DNA of 58,231 nt, counting the filler, from Jimgerdemannia flammicorona (Eukaryota), in the NCBI GenBank assembly GCA_003990765.1. It is 2 parts of 2 records of this genome, joined end to end, with 100 filler letters (N's around TTAATTAATTAA, not from the genome) between each part and the next. Parts side by side here need not be neighbours in the genome. Positions count along the whole stretch, not along the records: positions 1 to 29,071 come from RBNJ01000522.1; 1 more part is not named here. One strand, given 5' to 3'. Of this stretch, positions 1 through 10,951 are shown in pieces; position 1 is the stretch's first letter, and every line of letters starts with the position of its first letter. The notes under the pieces were generated by a model that was not told where the DNA came from, did not search any database, and was given only the letters and a program-made list of their open reading frames with translations. Made by a program: the position numbers and the translations under genes.

Positions 1-20
1 AAAAAAAAAAAAAAAAAAAA

Positions 21-1620
21 CAAAGAGTAGTGTATAGATTATAGAATCTGTAGAAATATTATATTATTATCTTATACAATATTCAATTTAATAAGACTAA
101 GTAGGAAATTCATATAGTAATTCCTATCTTGACAAACCTGACAGTATAGCTAGCAACAATATACCAATTTCAAAGGTAAGTAGAACAGTACCTATGCTAG
201 CACTAGTACAACATATATATATATCAATGAGACTATTAGAGCTAAGAATTATAGAAATTACATATGAGGACAATGATGATGATATCTCTCTGAAAGGTAA
301 GAAAAAGTACAAATCCAGACTTCAAAATGAAGTTGAAGTAGATTTAAGGTATTATTAGGACCTACCTAAGATATCTTCTTATAAATATCATGTAAACTAT
401 AATGAAGCCATATACTAGGATGATAAAAAGGAGTGGAAAAAGGCTATAGATGCGAAATATGATTCAATTATCAAGAATGAGACATGGGATTTTGCCTCTC
501 TTCTGGTAAATTAATAAGCAATAAGATCCCACTGAATAAATAAAGATTAATATAATAGTTATGGGAATATAGAGTGATATAATACCCAATTTATAGTAAA
601 GAGGTATTTACAAGAATATGGCATGGACTATGATAAGACCTTTTTTTCAGTATTTAAGCATAATTCACTTTGAATACTTCTTATAATTAAAGTCAAATAT
701 GACCATAAAATTCATCAAATAGATATTAAGACAGCCTTCTTGAACAGTGACATAGATACAGGGCTATATATCTATTAACTACAGAGATACAAACTATATG
801 ATGATAAGCAAAAGGAGCTCATATATAAACTATATAAAAATCTCAATGGTATCAAATAAGCAGCAAGGCTATAAAACTAAAAAATTGACAAATATCTCTT
901 AGATAATGAATTTAAGTATTGTGAGACTGATCTATATATATATATCTGACATATGTATATCCTCAGGAATAGTATATCTAGGAAATTGGATCAATAACAT
1001 TATTCTTATCAGAACAGTAAATGAGATTAATAATATAAAGGCAATACTCTATCAGGAATTCAAGATAATAGATATATATAATGTATTCTATATTTTTAGA
1101 ATATTATTTAGATTATATTTAAATAATTTAGTATAAGTTAATACAAGCCTTTCAGAACTTCTATAGAGACATCTGTGAGATTAAAGAAGTCTGACAATAT
1201 GCCTGAAGATAATGATATCCTCTATCAGTAAGTTGTGAGATCTCTTATATATATATCTTATACTCAGAATAAGGTCTAATATATTATATATAGTCATTAA
1301 AGTGGCACAGTACTTATCCTGCTACAACAATTCACATTGGATGGTAATTAAGTATATTTTCAGATATATTAGATACAGAATATTATACACTCATTAGGAG
1401 ATGGTGATGATAAGGGATAAAGCAGGAGCAGTATAATGATACATATAATATAGACTGGGCTAGAAATCTCAATGATTGATACTATATAACCGGATACCTC
1501 TTTAAAATCAGCAAAAATAGAGTTATTTTATAGTAAACATATAAGCAATATTTAGTAGTAATGTCATCTATGCATGTAGTATATCAAGTATTATCTATAG
1601 CAATGAAGGAAGCTATATAG
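21..1620 (+). pseudogene. pol: Ty1/copia element 1, decayed pol (RT and N-terminal RNase H), 5'-truncated by contig end
   Basis: Manual translation across stops gives copia RT motifs WKKAIDAKYDSIIKNETWD (~434), YLQEYGMDYDKTF, IHQIDIKTAFLNSD (~709) and a decayed YVDD-type motif LGNWINNIILI (~978), then RNase H-like IDWARNLND...LSIAMKEAI* ending at 1620. Confidence 0.9.
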
Positions 1621-3258
1621 TATAACAGTGACCTCAGAATAATGACATCAGCACAGAAGACAGCCTTTCCTTATTAGCTATCAGATCAGAGCACAAGAAG
1701 ATCATATGGCATGACTCACCCAGACTACAAGATGAGCAATAATGACCAACAGTGAGTCATTGGGACCACAAGACAGATATCTTGAGGAATATAAAAGAAG
1801 GATCAAGAAACTGCAGTAGCAGCAACTTAACAAGACCCACTAATTCTGAAATAGCTCAAAGACTTACTATAAACAAAATTCCTACTGCTTGCCAAACCTC
1901 AAGATCAAGGAACCACCAAGGCCCCTCAGTCCAGGAAAGGATATTCCAAGACATCTGAAGAGCCATAAGGTCCTGCACCACAAGGACTCCTATATCAACC
2001 TGGGTATTGGTGACCCTTATCATTATATTCTCTATTACTACAAAATGGAAACAAGAATCACCATTACTACTGAATGCCTCCAGATGTGGTAAGAATATGA
2101 AATAGGAAACCTCCTCTGCCAGAAATTCTCTCAAGCCAGCCCTCAAGAGCTACAAGATGCCAATATGTAAAATAAGGATAGTCAAGAAGATTTATCAGAT
2201 CTCCAGGCATATACTATGATCAATCCCCAACTTAGAGCATATCAGAGTCTCAGACCTCAGGGATCTGTCAGCCCACCATATCAATACACTAGAAACTATA
2301 GTGGCTACAGAAGCCCAGTCCACTATCACTCTCAATAGTGACAAGATAGAAGAGTTCTGGTATCCCATCCTCTAAGACAATCTAGATCAATTCCTGCAAG
2401 GATTGATCTCAGTATTGTAAGGCCCAAGTATCCAGGTTAGACCTTCCCAAGACCCCACATTTGTCCCTTATTTTGTAGAAGAGGACCTTATAGACTGGAG
2501 AGCCTATGTTCTTCTTGCCCTCTCTGCTGCTGAATGTAATGATATCATTGGTGATAACATCATTCTATGCAATATACACAAAATGCACAACAAAGTACAA
2601 AATGTTTGCAGACCTCATCTCCTTTGAGGACAGTGACAAGGACAAAGCCCCCATGGTCCTGAACTTTCTGCTCTGAGTTCTTGATGATACTGAATTCTGC
2701 CAGCATCCTTTCCCATATAACAGTTAATCCTTCTACTAGTATTCTGATCCTGTGTGACTCTGAATTCTGCCAGTATCCTTTTCCTGTGTAATAGTTAATC
2801 CTTCCACTCCCATTCTGATCCTATGTGACTCTGAATTCTTCCAGCATCCTTTTCCTGTATCACCAAAATTCTACCAGAACTCTGAACTTGTACAACTATC
2901 TATACCAATACTAGAATCTGTACTTATATGTAACTGTAGTTTTCTGTATTCCAGTATTTTATTTGGTTATTGGAATTTATATTTAGCTTTATATCTTAGC
3001 AATCATTGAATTATATTTTGTATAAATACCCCTCTTATTTCCTTTGAAATAAAGTCAGTTCCAGTTCACTTTCCCTCAATTCCATGTAAGCAATCTAAGA
3101 GATAACAAGACAGTTTAAAGATAAGAAGTTTGAGGACTATAAGACCTGGAGAAGGCACTCCAATAAGAACTTGCTTATAACAAACTTGAGTTAGTCTAAA
3201 AGATATACCTTGAAGAGAATCTGATATATTTGAAGGACTTAGTGACCACTATGTGACA
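1621..3258 (+). repeat. 5' LTR of gypsy family A (1638 bp)
   Basis: Starts TATAACAGTG (decayed TG), ends ATGTGACA, colinear with 10952-12611. TATAAAT at ~3021 and AATAAA at ~3048; ~70-bp tandem repeat at 2692-2880. Confidence 0.95.
1851..2676 (+). pseudogene. Orphan ORF inside U3 of the family A 5' LTR (~280 codons ancestrally)
   Basis: Lies downstream of TATAAAAG (~1790). Most stops and frameshifts are repaired by the 3' LTR copy at 11182-12034. Confidence 0.7.
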
Positions 3259-3278
3259 ACTTAGTATCCATTGGCTGG
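3259..3278 (+). promoter_or_regulatory. Primer-binding site of family A (decayed TGGYGTCCATTGGCTG; tRNA identity uncertain, Asn-like)
   Basis: ACTTAGTATCCATTGGCTGG directly follows the LTR. The matching ACTTGGTGTCTATTGGCTGA follows the family B LTR at 24514. Confidence 0.65.
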
Positions 3279-3368
3279 TGGATCCCTCACTTTCAAGCTA
3301 AAAAATGAACAACTACCACAACAACTACTCTGACTACAAGAGTTACCCCTGCAAGAATTCAAGATAAG

Positions 3369-4140
3369 ATGGAAATATATCCCCCTATATTCTATAGATA
3401 TACTACTGAATAATTTTCTGCCATACAAGCTCTCAATATGGATGCACAATTGGTCCTTCTACCTGTCAGCCTCAGGGGACCTGCCAGAGACAAGTTCAAT
3501 ATAGCTACCATTGCTAATACTAGTGCAGCCAAGCTTGCCAATATGAAGACCATTCTCAGAACTATATACTATACTGAAGAGATCAAACAAGCTCTCAAGG
3601 ATCAACTCAATACTATCTGCCAGGGACTCAGTGAAGATCCCAACTTATTCTATACTCAAATCTGCCACCAGATTGTCTTGGCTGGCTATGATGATGCCCT
3701 CAAGGAACAAATATTGAATTCAACCTTCCTTAAAGAAGTTTGCTCTAAAATTGCCCTAGCAATCCAGTCTACCCTAGCTGCTCTAACACTTGACCAGAAA
3801 GTGGTCTTTACACAGAGATATTGGACTGCCAGACACTCTATCAAATATTCAATGGAGAAAATAACTAGTATTAAGATAGAGCCATCAAAGCCAACCAGTA
3901 TCATACCTGCCATAGTTGTAAACTGACAACTATCCCCACCTACCCACAAGACAGCCAAAGCTGACTCAGTGGAGGAACTTGCCAAGCAGTTTTCTGAGAT
4001 GACTGCACACCTTGGTGATGTTGTTAGAGAAGTCTGAAGTGCCAACAGAAGACCAGTACAGAGATTTACAGCTGCTATAGAAGAATACAATATCACATAC
4101 TTTAGATGTTGAGAAGAAGGCCACTATGCAAAGAGTTGCA
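3369..4140 (+). pseudogene. gag: Gypsy A gag with decayed CCHC zinc knuckle
   Basis: ORF 3438-3926 (SLRGPARDKF...) follows the PBS. ITYFRC*EEGHYAKSC at ~4091-4140. Confidence 0.8.
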
Positions 4141-4719
4141 TGACCAAAACAAGATACAAAGCCCATCTAAGTAATGCTACCAGAACCAGAGAACAAACCA
4201 ATGCAGTAGTCATCAAGGAGATTGGCAATACTAATGATGAAGAATACTACAAGGAGTCTGAATTCTACCCTGTTACTGAAGGTACCAGAACCTGGTCCAA
4301 GCCCTATGACAAGAAGAGCAACAGCAAGTCAGTTGGAAGACCAAAGAAGACCCCAGCTGTTACTATTCAAAGTAAGACCCAACTCAAGGAGATTGATCAA
4401 GACATGGAGTTAGATAAAGCTACCCACCAAATCATTAAAGATACTACTCCAGTCTCAGGAGAAAGTGAAAGCAAGAAAGAACAGAAGCTGTACAAGACCA
4501 AGATCCATTAGTATGGTATCTACAAGGATCTCAAGGAACAGAAGATCAATGCTACTTTTGGACAACTAGTCAAAGTCTCTGCCTTCAGACAGCAGTTGAG
4601 AGTAGGACTTGCAACCACTGTCAATAACTAAGAGTACAAGATCATAGAAGCTCACAATGCACAAGAAGATAATCAAGAAGATTTAGGTGAAGAATCTGAA
4701 GACCAGTGTAAGACATCAG

Positions 4720-5090
4720 CCTATATCCTATATTAGATTGATAATTGTATCTTTGATGCCATTATTGATACTAGTGCTGGAGGATACCTCATGAGCAAGA
4801 AGGCAATTGACTGCCTAGGCTGGGATATTGAAGAGTCGACCAAGATAGTCTATATCACAGCAGATGATATATGAGCTACCCCTCTTAGCAAGATCCAAGA
4901 CGTCCCCATCAAGATTAGAGGAGCTATCATCCCAGTAGATATGATTGTTACAAATGCCACCAACTATGACATCCTCATTAGCAACCAATGGCTTCACAAG
5001 GCCAAGGCCATCATTGACCTCAATGCCCAGAAGATACAGATCAACTATAGAGAAAGAAAGGTATGAGTCTCTATCAATATCCCCAAAGGA
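4720..5090 (+). pseudogene. Gypsy A aspartic protease
   Basis: FDAIIDTSAGG (decayed DTG) at ~4752 and YDILISNQWLHKAKAIIDL (decayed ILG-DW motif). Confidence 0.85.
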
Positions 5091-5429
5091 GTTCTACCAG
5101 ACATGGAGAAAGGAGATGAAGAGGCACAGAAGTCATGCACTCAGTGAACAAGAACAATAACAAGAACAAGACACCCAAGCTTAAAGATAAGCAGTGGTAC
5201 AACAAGATCATTGATGGCTATACTCCTCAAGGAAGATTTCTCCATGGTACTAGGATGTACTGCTTTGAACACCTGAATGACTGCTGGTCCTGTATCAGTG
5301 AAGTCAGGAAAATCTGCCAACAAAAGTATGAGTAAGAAGCTGCTGAAGCAAAAAGGGAAGCTGAAGAAAATGACCAGCTGCCAGAGCTTCAAGCTGACAG
5401 TAAGGATGAGGAGGAACAAGAATTATACA

Positions 5430-5845
5430 TCACCCTCAAAGTCAAGAAGTTTTACTCCAAAGCCAAGATCTCAGAATATAAGACTGAAGAAGCCATAGAA
5501 ATAGATCTTGCCAGCATTTAAGATACTATCCTTGAACTACAGACCACTACTCTAATTGGCACTGGTTTTGGAGCCAAGTTGTCAGAAAACCATATCAGAA
5601 TTATTAAGACCAGGAGCAGTCTGGCCAAAAGTAAAATCTCAGTTGAAGGAGGAGTAATTAACTCTGATTACACTGGTGAGATTTTTCTCATAGTCAGGAA
5701 TCACAACCCCACTACCCCATTTGAAGTCAAGAAGTATGACAGGATTGGCCAGATGCTGATCTATGAAGTCAAGAAGCCTAAGATCACTGAAGCCATCAAA
5801 CTCATCAAGACCAAGAGAGGAGAACAAGGCTTTGAATCTACTAGA
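5430..5845 (+). pseudogene. dut: dUTPase domain within gypsy A pol
   Basis: Trimeric dUTPase motifs RSSLAK, GGVINSDYTGEI, DRIGQML and RGEQGFEST (ORF 5579-5974). Confidence 0.93.
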
Positions 5846-5989
5846 AGAGGAGCCTATACTGTCACCAAGATTATCAAACTTGAGCTCAAGAAAGACAAGA
5901 ACCAGAATAAGTACATATATACCATTGGAGAAATATTTCCTACAGAAGAACAACTTCTCAAGATCCTGTACTAGAATGAAGGAGTACTT

Positions 5990-6863
5990 GCCACAGACTT
6001 TAGAGATATCCACAATCAAGAACCCAAGTACTACCATGAAGTTGACACTAGTGATACTAAGCCCATCTACCAGAAAGCCAGACCTATACCACCTGTCTAT
6101 AGAGAATGGCTACAAGTAGAACTCAAGGAAATGAAAGAAGCTGAAATCATCAAGCAAGCTATCAACTCCTGGGCTTCACCCATTATCCTTACCCCAAAGA
6201 AAGGAAACAAGTCTGGAGAGTTTGCCCCAAGACTCTTTATTGATTATAGGAAGCTCAATACAATCACCAAAAAGGATAGACAGCCCTTACCAAATATTCA
6301 AGAAATTCTTACCACTCTTGGAAGTGAAGCCAAATACTACACCACTCTGGATCTGTTCTCAGGCTTCCATCAGATTGGTCTCACTCAAGATGCCAGTGAG
6401 AAATTAGCCTTCATCACACCTGATGCCACCTATATCTACCTGCAAATGCCATTTGAAATATACAATACCCCAGCAAGTTTTCAGTAAATAATGAATAGAG
6501 TCTTCAGCAATGAGATTGGAAAATGGCTCTTTGTCTATGTTAATGATGTGATCATCTTCAGCAATACTATATGGAAATATGTCAATGACATACAGCTAGC
6601 TCTCAAGAAGCTCAAGGAGCATAGCCTCTACATCAAGCCCAAGAAGTGCAAGTTTGCAGTCCAAGAAATCACCTACCTAGGATATATCATCAACCAGACT
6701 GGAATTCACATAGATCCTATGAAGATTGAGGCTGTTGCAGCCTACCCAAGACTCAGAACAACTACAGAAGTCCATGCCTTCCTTGGACTGGCCTCCTACT
6801 ATAGAAGATTCATCAAAGGATACTTCAACATTGCAGCACATCTATGAGCTACTGAAGAAGAAG
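5990..6863 (+). pseudogene. pol: Gypsy A reverse transcriptase, interrupted at 6864 by a solo LTR
   Basis: SWASPIILTPKK, RLFIDYRKLN, LDLFSGFHQI, MPFEIYNTPASFQ, VYVNDVIIFS (decayed YVDD), FLGLASYYRRFI. Confidence 0.95.
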
Positions 6864-8896
6864 TATAAGAGGGTTACTTTTTTAGAATAGCTATTACATA
6901 GTTCTGGAAGGGTTTTCTGGAAGTTCTGGATATTCTGGAAGACTGTTTTCTTATGGTCAAGATCAATATCATATGGAGTACATCCTCTATGCTTATTGAT
7001 TTCAAGATTGGATTAATATCTCAACCAAAGTCTTTTTTTGGACTAGTTCTGGATGTTCAGGATTTTCTGTATTTCAGGAAGTTCAAGAAACTAAGACCAG
7101 CTTAGTTGAATCAGCATATTGCTGCAGACAATACCCAATTAGGAAATTTCGTGATGGGGTTAGAAGTGGGACCTAATGGGGAGTGGATTTACTTAAGAGT
7201 GGTTTATGGGTTATTAAATAGGTTTATTCGCTATTTATGATATTGCTATACTAAGAGAAGCTATGTGAGGGGATATTGTGGAGAAGTACTCAGGAGTTGT
7301 GTTTGGATTGTTCAAGTCTGAGATTCTGAGGTCTGGGAGAGGGGATATTTATACTAGTAAGGGGCTATCTGGACTATACTAGATATGGATGTAGCACTAA
7401 GTGCCTTGCTGAGTCAGAATGCAGTCACATAGTACAAGTGTGATCTGACATGTCAAGAGATCATCTGACTGCTGAGTCTAATCTAACTATACTATGACTG
7501 CTAGGCTATTTATAGGTTTAGGCACTGTCTGGGTAGTTCTTGATGACATCACAATCAATTGCATCATCTCTAATAAAGTAGTCATCTAGAAAGAGTGGTT
7601 CGTGGATTACTTCTCCTTATTCACTAAGGTAATAATATATTGGAACTTTGTCTCCATCCCACAAGATGGCATCATCAGTCTCATATACTGGGTAAGGTGT
7701 TGGTAGGTGAAGGAGGGGTGCATCATCTTCACCTTCATCAGATTTGCTGTCTGTATACCTTCTGTAGGTTACAGCACTATGAGTTACAGGGTTGTAGTAA
7801 GCTGGTGACTGTGGTTCATATTGCTCGTACTCAGGTAGTGGAGTGGTTGGTTCGATCTCGAGAGTTGTCTGAAGGTACAGGTTGTGTTCTCTGGTCTCTT
7901 CATTATAGTTGAAGTAATTAGGGGTAAATGCGAGTTTGTATTCGTGCCAGTGGTCATTGTCTCAATAAGTCTTGTATGCAGTTATGAACTGTTGTAAGTT
8001 CATCGGCAAGGTTGGCAGCATGATCAAGGTTGGTAGAGATTCTTGGCTTGAGGTCATGTCAGCATCAGAGGGATCATTGTCTTCTGCTTCATCTTCATCA
8101 AAGTAGATTATATCATAGACATCCTTCATGGCATATTCGACTTGGGACATTTGCAGGATATGATCATTGGGGTGTGGGAAGGTTCTGACTGTTTCAATTT
8201 TCTCAAGGTACTTGTGGTTGAGTTTCTGTATCATGTCATCATTTGGCCATAGGATAGGGTAGCAATCATTTCAGTGGTAGTAACTTGGAGGTGGGGAATA
8301 ACAGTACTATACTCATAGAAGAGTTCTTGATGTTTGCAGGCAATGAGCTTCTGTTATTGAGACATCTGGGTAATGTCTATATCATGGTGGTGTTCAACCA
8401 TGTCTTTCAGGAGGCAGCTGATCTGGTAGTAGCTTGAGATTTGTCCAATTTGGTGGGCCTCACTAAGCATGTTCAGGACATTCCATCGGGCTTCCACAAA
8501 GTAAGGGGTGCTAGACTATGGATATTCATGAGGGGTAGAGGGGGTGGGGCTTGATTGATAATGGTATTCCAAATGTCAGCATGGTAGTTGTAGATCTCAG
8601 TAGTCATAGTTGTGTATATTCAGAAGTTGTGGTTGTTGTTTGTTTTGGTTCTCTATTCAATGCATCTCAGTGCTCAGTATATATGCATTTGGTCCTGATT
8701 GGTAAGATTCTGTTAATGTAAATCTTATGTTCTATGACTTTGTATTGACTCAGCTTTGTGTGCTGTGACTTTGGTTTGACTTAGCTTTGTGATCAAGCAG
8801 GTGATTTCCAGATTTATTTGGAGGTCGCGTGTGATTTCAGTGGCTTGTTCAGAGGGTGACATGTGATTTCGGTGGCTTGGAGGTTGTGTGCTTACA
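6864..8896 (-). mobile_element. 2033-bp solo LTR of another family (D), antisense inside gypsy A RT/RH
   Basis: Perfect 5-bp TSD AGAAG (6859-6863 and 8897-8901). Plus-strand termini TATAAG...CTTACA (decayed TGTAAG/CTTACA inverted repeat). The host frame LYELLKK|KTKFEW rejoins on removal. Minus-strand TATAAAT at ~7350 and AATAAA at ~7225. No gag/pol motifs. Confidence 0.9.
7518..8607 (-). pseudogene. Orphan acidic ORF (~360 codons, 2 frameshifts) inside solo LTR D
   Basis: CCAAT- and TATA-like elements at ~8700 and ~8680 precede ATG 8607 (MTTEIYNY). One frame runs from ~8290 to 7518 with only three internal stops, each of the CGA/CAA->T type. It includes ORF 7962-8234. Confidence 0.65.
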
Positions 8897-9402
8897 AGAA
8901 GACAAAATTTGAATGGACCAAGAAATAGCAAGAAACCTTCAATGAACCCAAGACTAGGTTGACCCAAGCACCCATCCTCAGAAGACCAGATTGGAACCTA
9001 GAGTTCATTCTGCAAACAGACACAAGTACTATAGGACTTGGAGCAGTCCAAGCTCAGAAGAAAGATAGACATGAATATATCATCTCTTATGTAAGCTGAG
9101 GTACCTGTAGAGTAGAACAGAACTACAAGTCATGCAAGCTCAAATGCTTAGCAGTAGTTTGGGCAGTAGACAAGTTCCACTACTACCTAGTCAGGAAATA
9201 CTTCACTATTCAAACAGATCATTCTGCTCTTGTCTGGTTATTCTACACTCTGAATCCCAAAGAAATATATATCAGATGGATCTACAGGCTGCAAGAGTAT
9301 GACTATACTATCAAACATCACTCAGGAAGAACCAATGCCAATGCTGATGCATTCTCAAGGATACCCTGAAATACTCCCATCAAGACTATTCAACATGAAT
9401 AA
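8897..9402 (+). pseudogene. pol: Gypsy A RT connection and RNase H
   Basis: LTQAPILRRPDW, FILQTDTSTIGLGAV, FTIQTDHSAL, NANADAFSR. The frame ends at CAT GAA TAA (9394-9402). Confidence 0.92.
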
Positions 9403-10580
9403 GGAGCTATACTATGGATTAATTAGCTATCTTGGGCAGTAGAATATGCCCAACCACCTTGAACCCTGGACTATCACTATAATCAACCAGACTTGGAAAA
9501 AATTTGAACTAGATAACACCATACTCAGAAAAGGAGGAAAGCTCATAATATCTGAACACCAGAAGTATCATGTAATGAAGGAAGTACATGAACAAGGATA
9601 TCTAGTAGGAACCAATATATACAATAAAGTGAGAAGAACCATATAGTGGTCCAAGATGGAAGAAGACCTGTACCAATTTTTCAAAGGATATAACAAGTGC
9701 CAAAAACAGAATCAAGATCAGCAAGACCAGGCATCCAGGTCATCAAGAATTGAGCCTATTCCCTTCCACTATATTGAAATGGATATTATTGGACCACTAT
9801 CAGTGATACTATTAGGAAACTACTACATTATAGTTATTGTAAACCTCTCTACCAAATAGATAGACAGGAGCATTAAAAGTAGCCAATGCTCTCAATATAG
9901 CTCACTTCCTGCACTGAGAAATCATCTGCTGCTACAAGACACCAAAGAAAATCACTACAGACTGTGACACAGAATTGCCAATGGATTCCATGAGATAATG
10001 TATCAGAAATCCAAAATTCAGCACATCAAGACTACTACATACCACTCTCAAGGAAATAGACAGACAGAGAGAACCAACAAAGCCTTAAAGAACATTTTGG
10101 CAAAAATCTCAGACATATATGACAATTGGGATAACTACCTCTCAACTGCCCTCTCTGTCTTATAAGATATATGATCACAGAGTACACACTTTACCCCAAG
10201 AGAACTGCTTTTTGGAGAAGAAGATTCTGATGAAACCTCAGCCACAAATCTAAACCTAACATGGAGACAGATTGACTCAGAAATCCAGAGACTACACCAA
10301 ATCAGGAAGAAGGCTGAAGATTACATTATTAAGTCACAAGTGCTGATAAGGAAGAATGTAGAAAAGAATCACAAGATCCTAGAACTCATCCAAATCAGAG
10401 AAAAGGTCCTACTATATTGAAATATAGTAGAAGCCTCATAGTTGCAAAAACTGGAGCCCAAATGGGATGGACCCTTCTATTTGCAAGATATCAAGGGAAC
10501 TACCTTCTGGCTTAGAAAACTCTCAGAGACCATACTATCTACTATGATATATAGGAACAGACTCAAGTAGTACTACAATC
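9395..10580 (+). pseudogene. Gypsy A integrase (HHCC, DDE core, GPF motif), starting at its own ATG
   Basis: MNKELYY start, VHEQGY...GYNKCQK, IEMDIIGPL, ITTDCDTE, YHSQGNRQTERTNK, KLEPKWDGPF. Confidence 0.9.
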
Positions 10581-10951
10581 TATACAAGAGAAGCAAAACA
10601 TGATAACTGCCCATGAGGTTCTAATCTATGAATTATAACAGCATGTCCCATAACCAGCAGGCAATCTGTCTGGACCATTATCTAAGAGATATGGCACCAG
10701 CAACTACTCATTCATGAGACTTTCAAAGCCAGAGGAGTTCAAACCATCAACTGATTGGTCAAGATCAGAATCAGGCCCTTGCTTAATATGAAGGGAGCAA
10801 CTCTTAACCATTATGCCAAAATATATAATGAAGATGCTAGCCTATAAATACTACTTTTCGACCCTCTATCAGAGGTTATGGGATTAGGAAATTTTTCAGA
10901 ATTGGACCAATGAATAAGGATATTCAAGAAGATCCTTATTCAGGAGGAAGA

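Noticed and set aside
5579..5974. Host or DNA-virus dut gene
   Set aside because: It is embedded between PR and RT at the same position in four retrotransposon copies.
10600..10950. env-like ORF3 between integrase and PPT in gypsy A
   Set aside because: Only ~350 bp, with multiple stops and no signal or transmembrane pattern. It cannot be supported from one copy.
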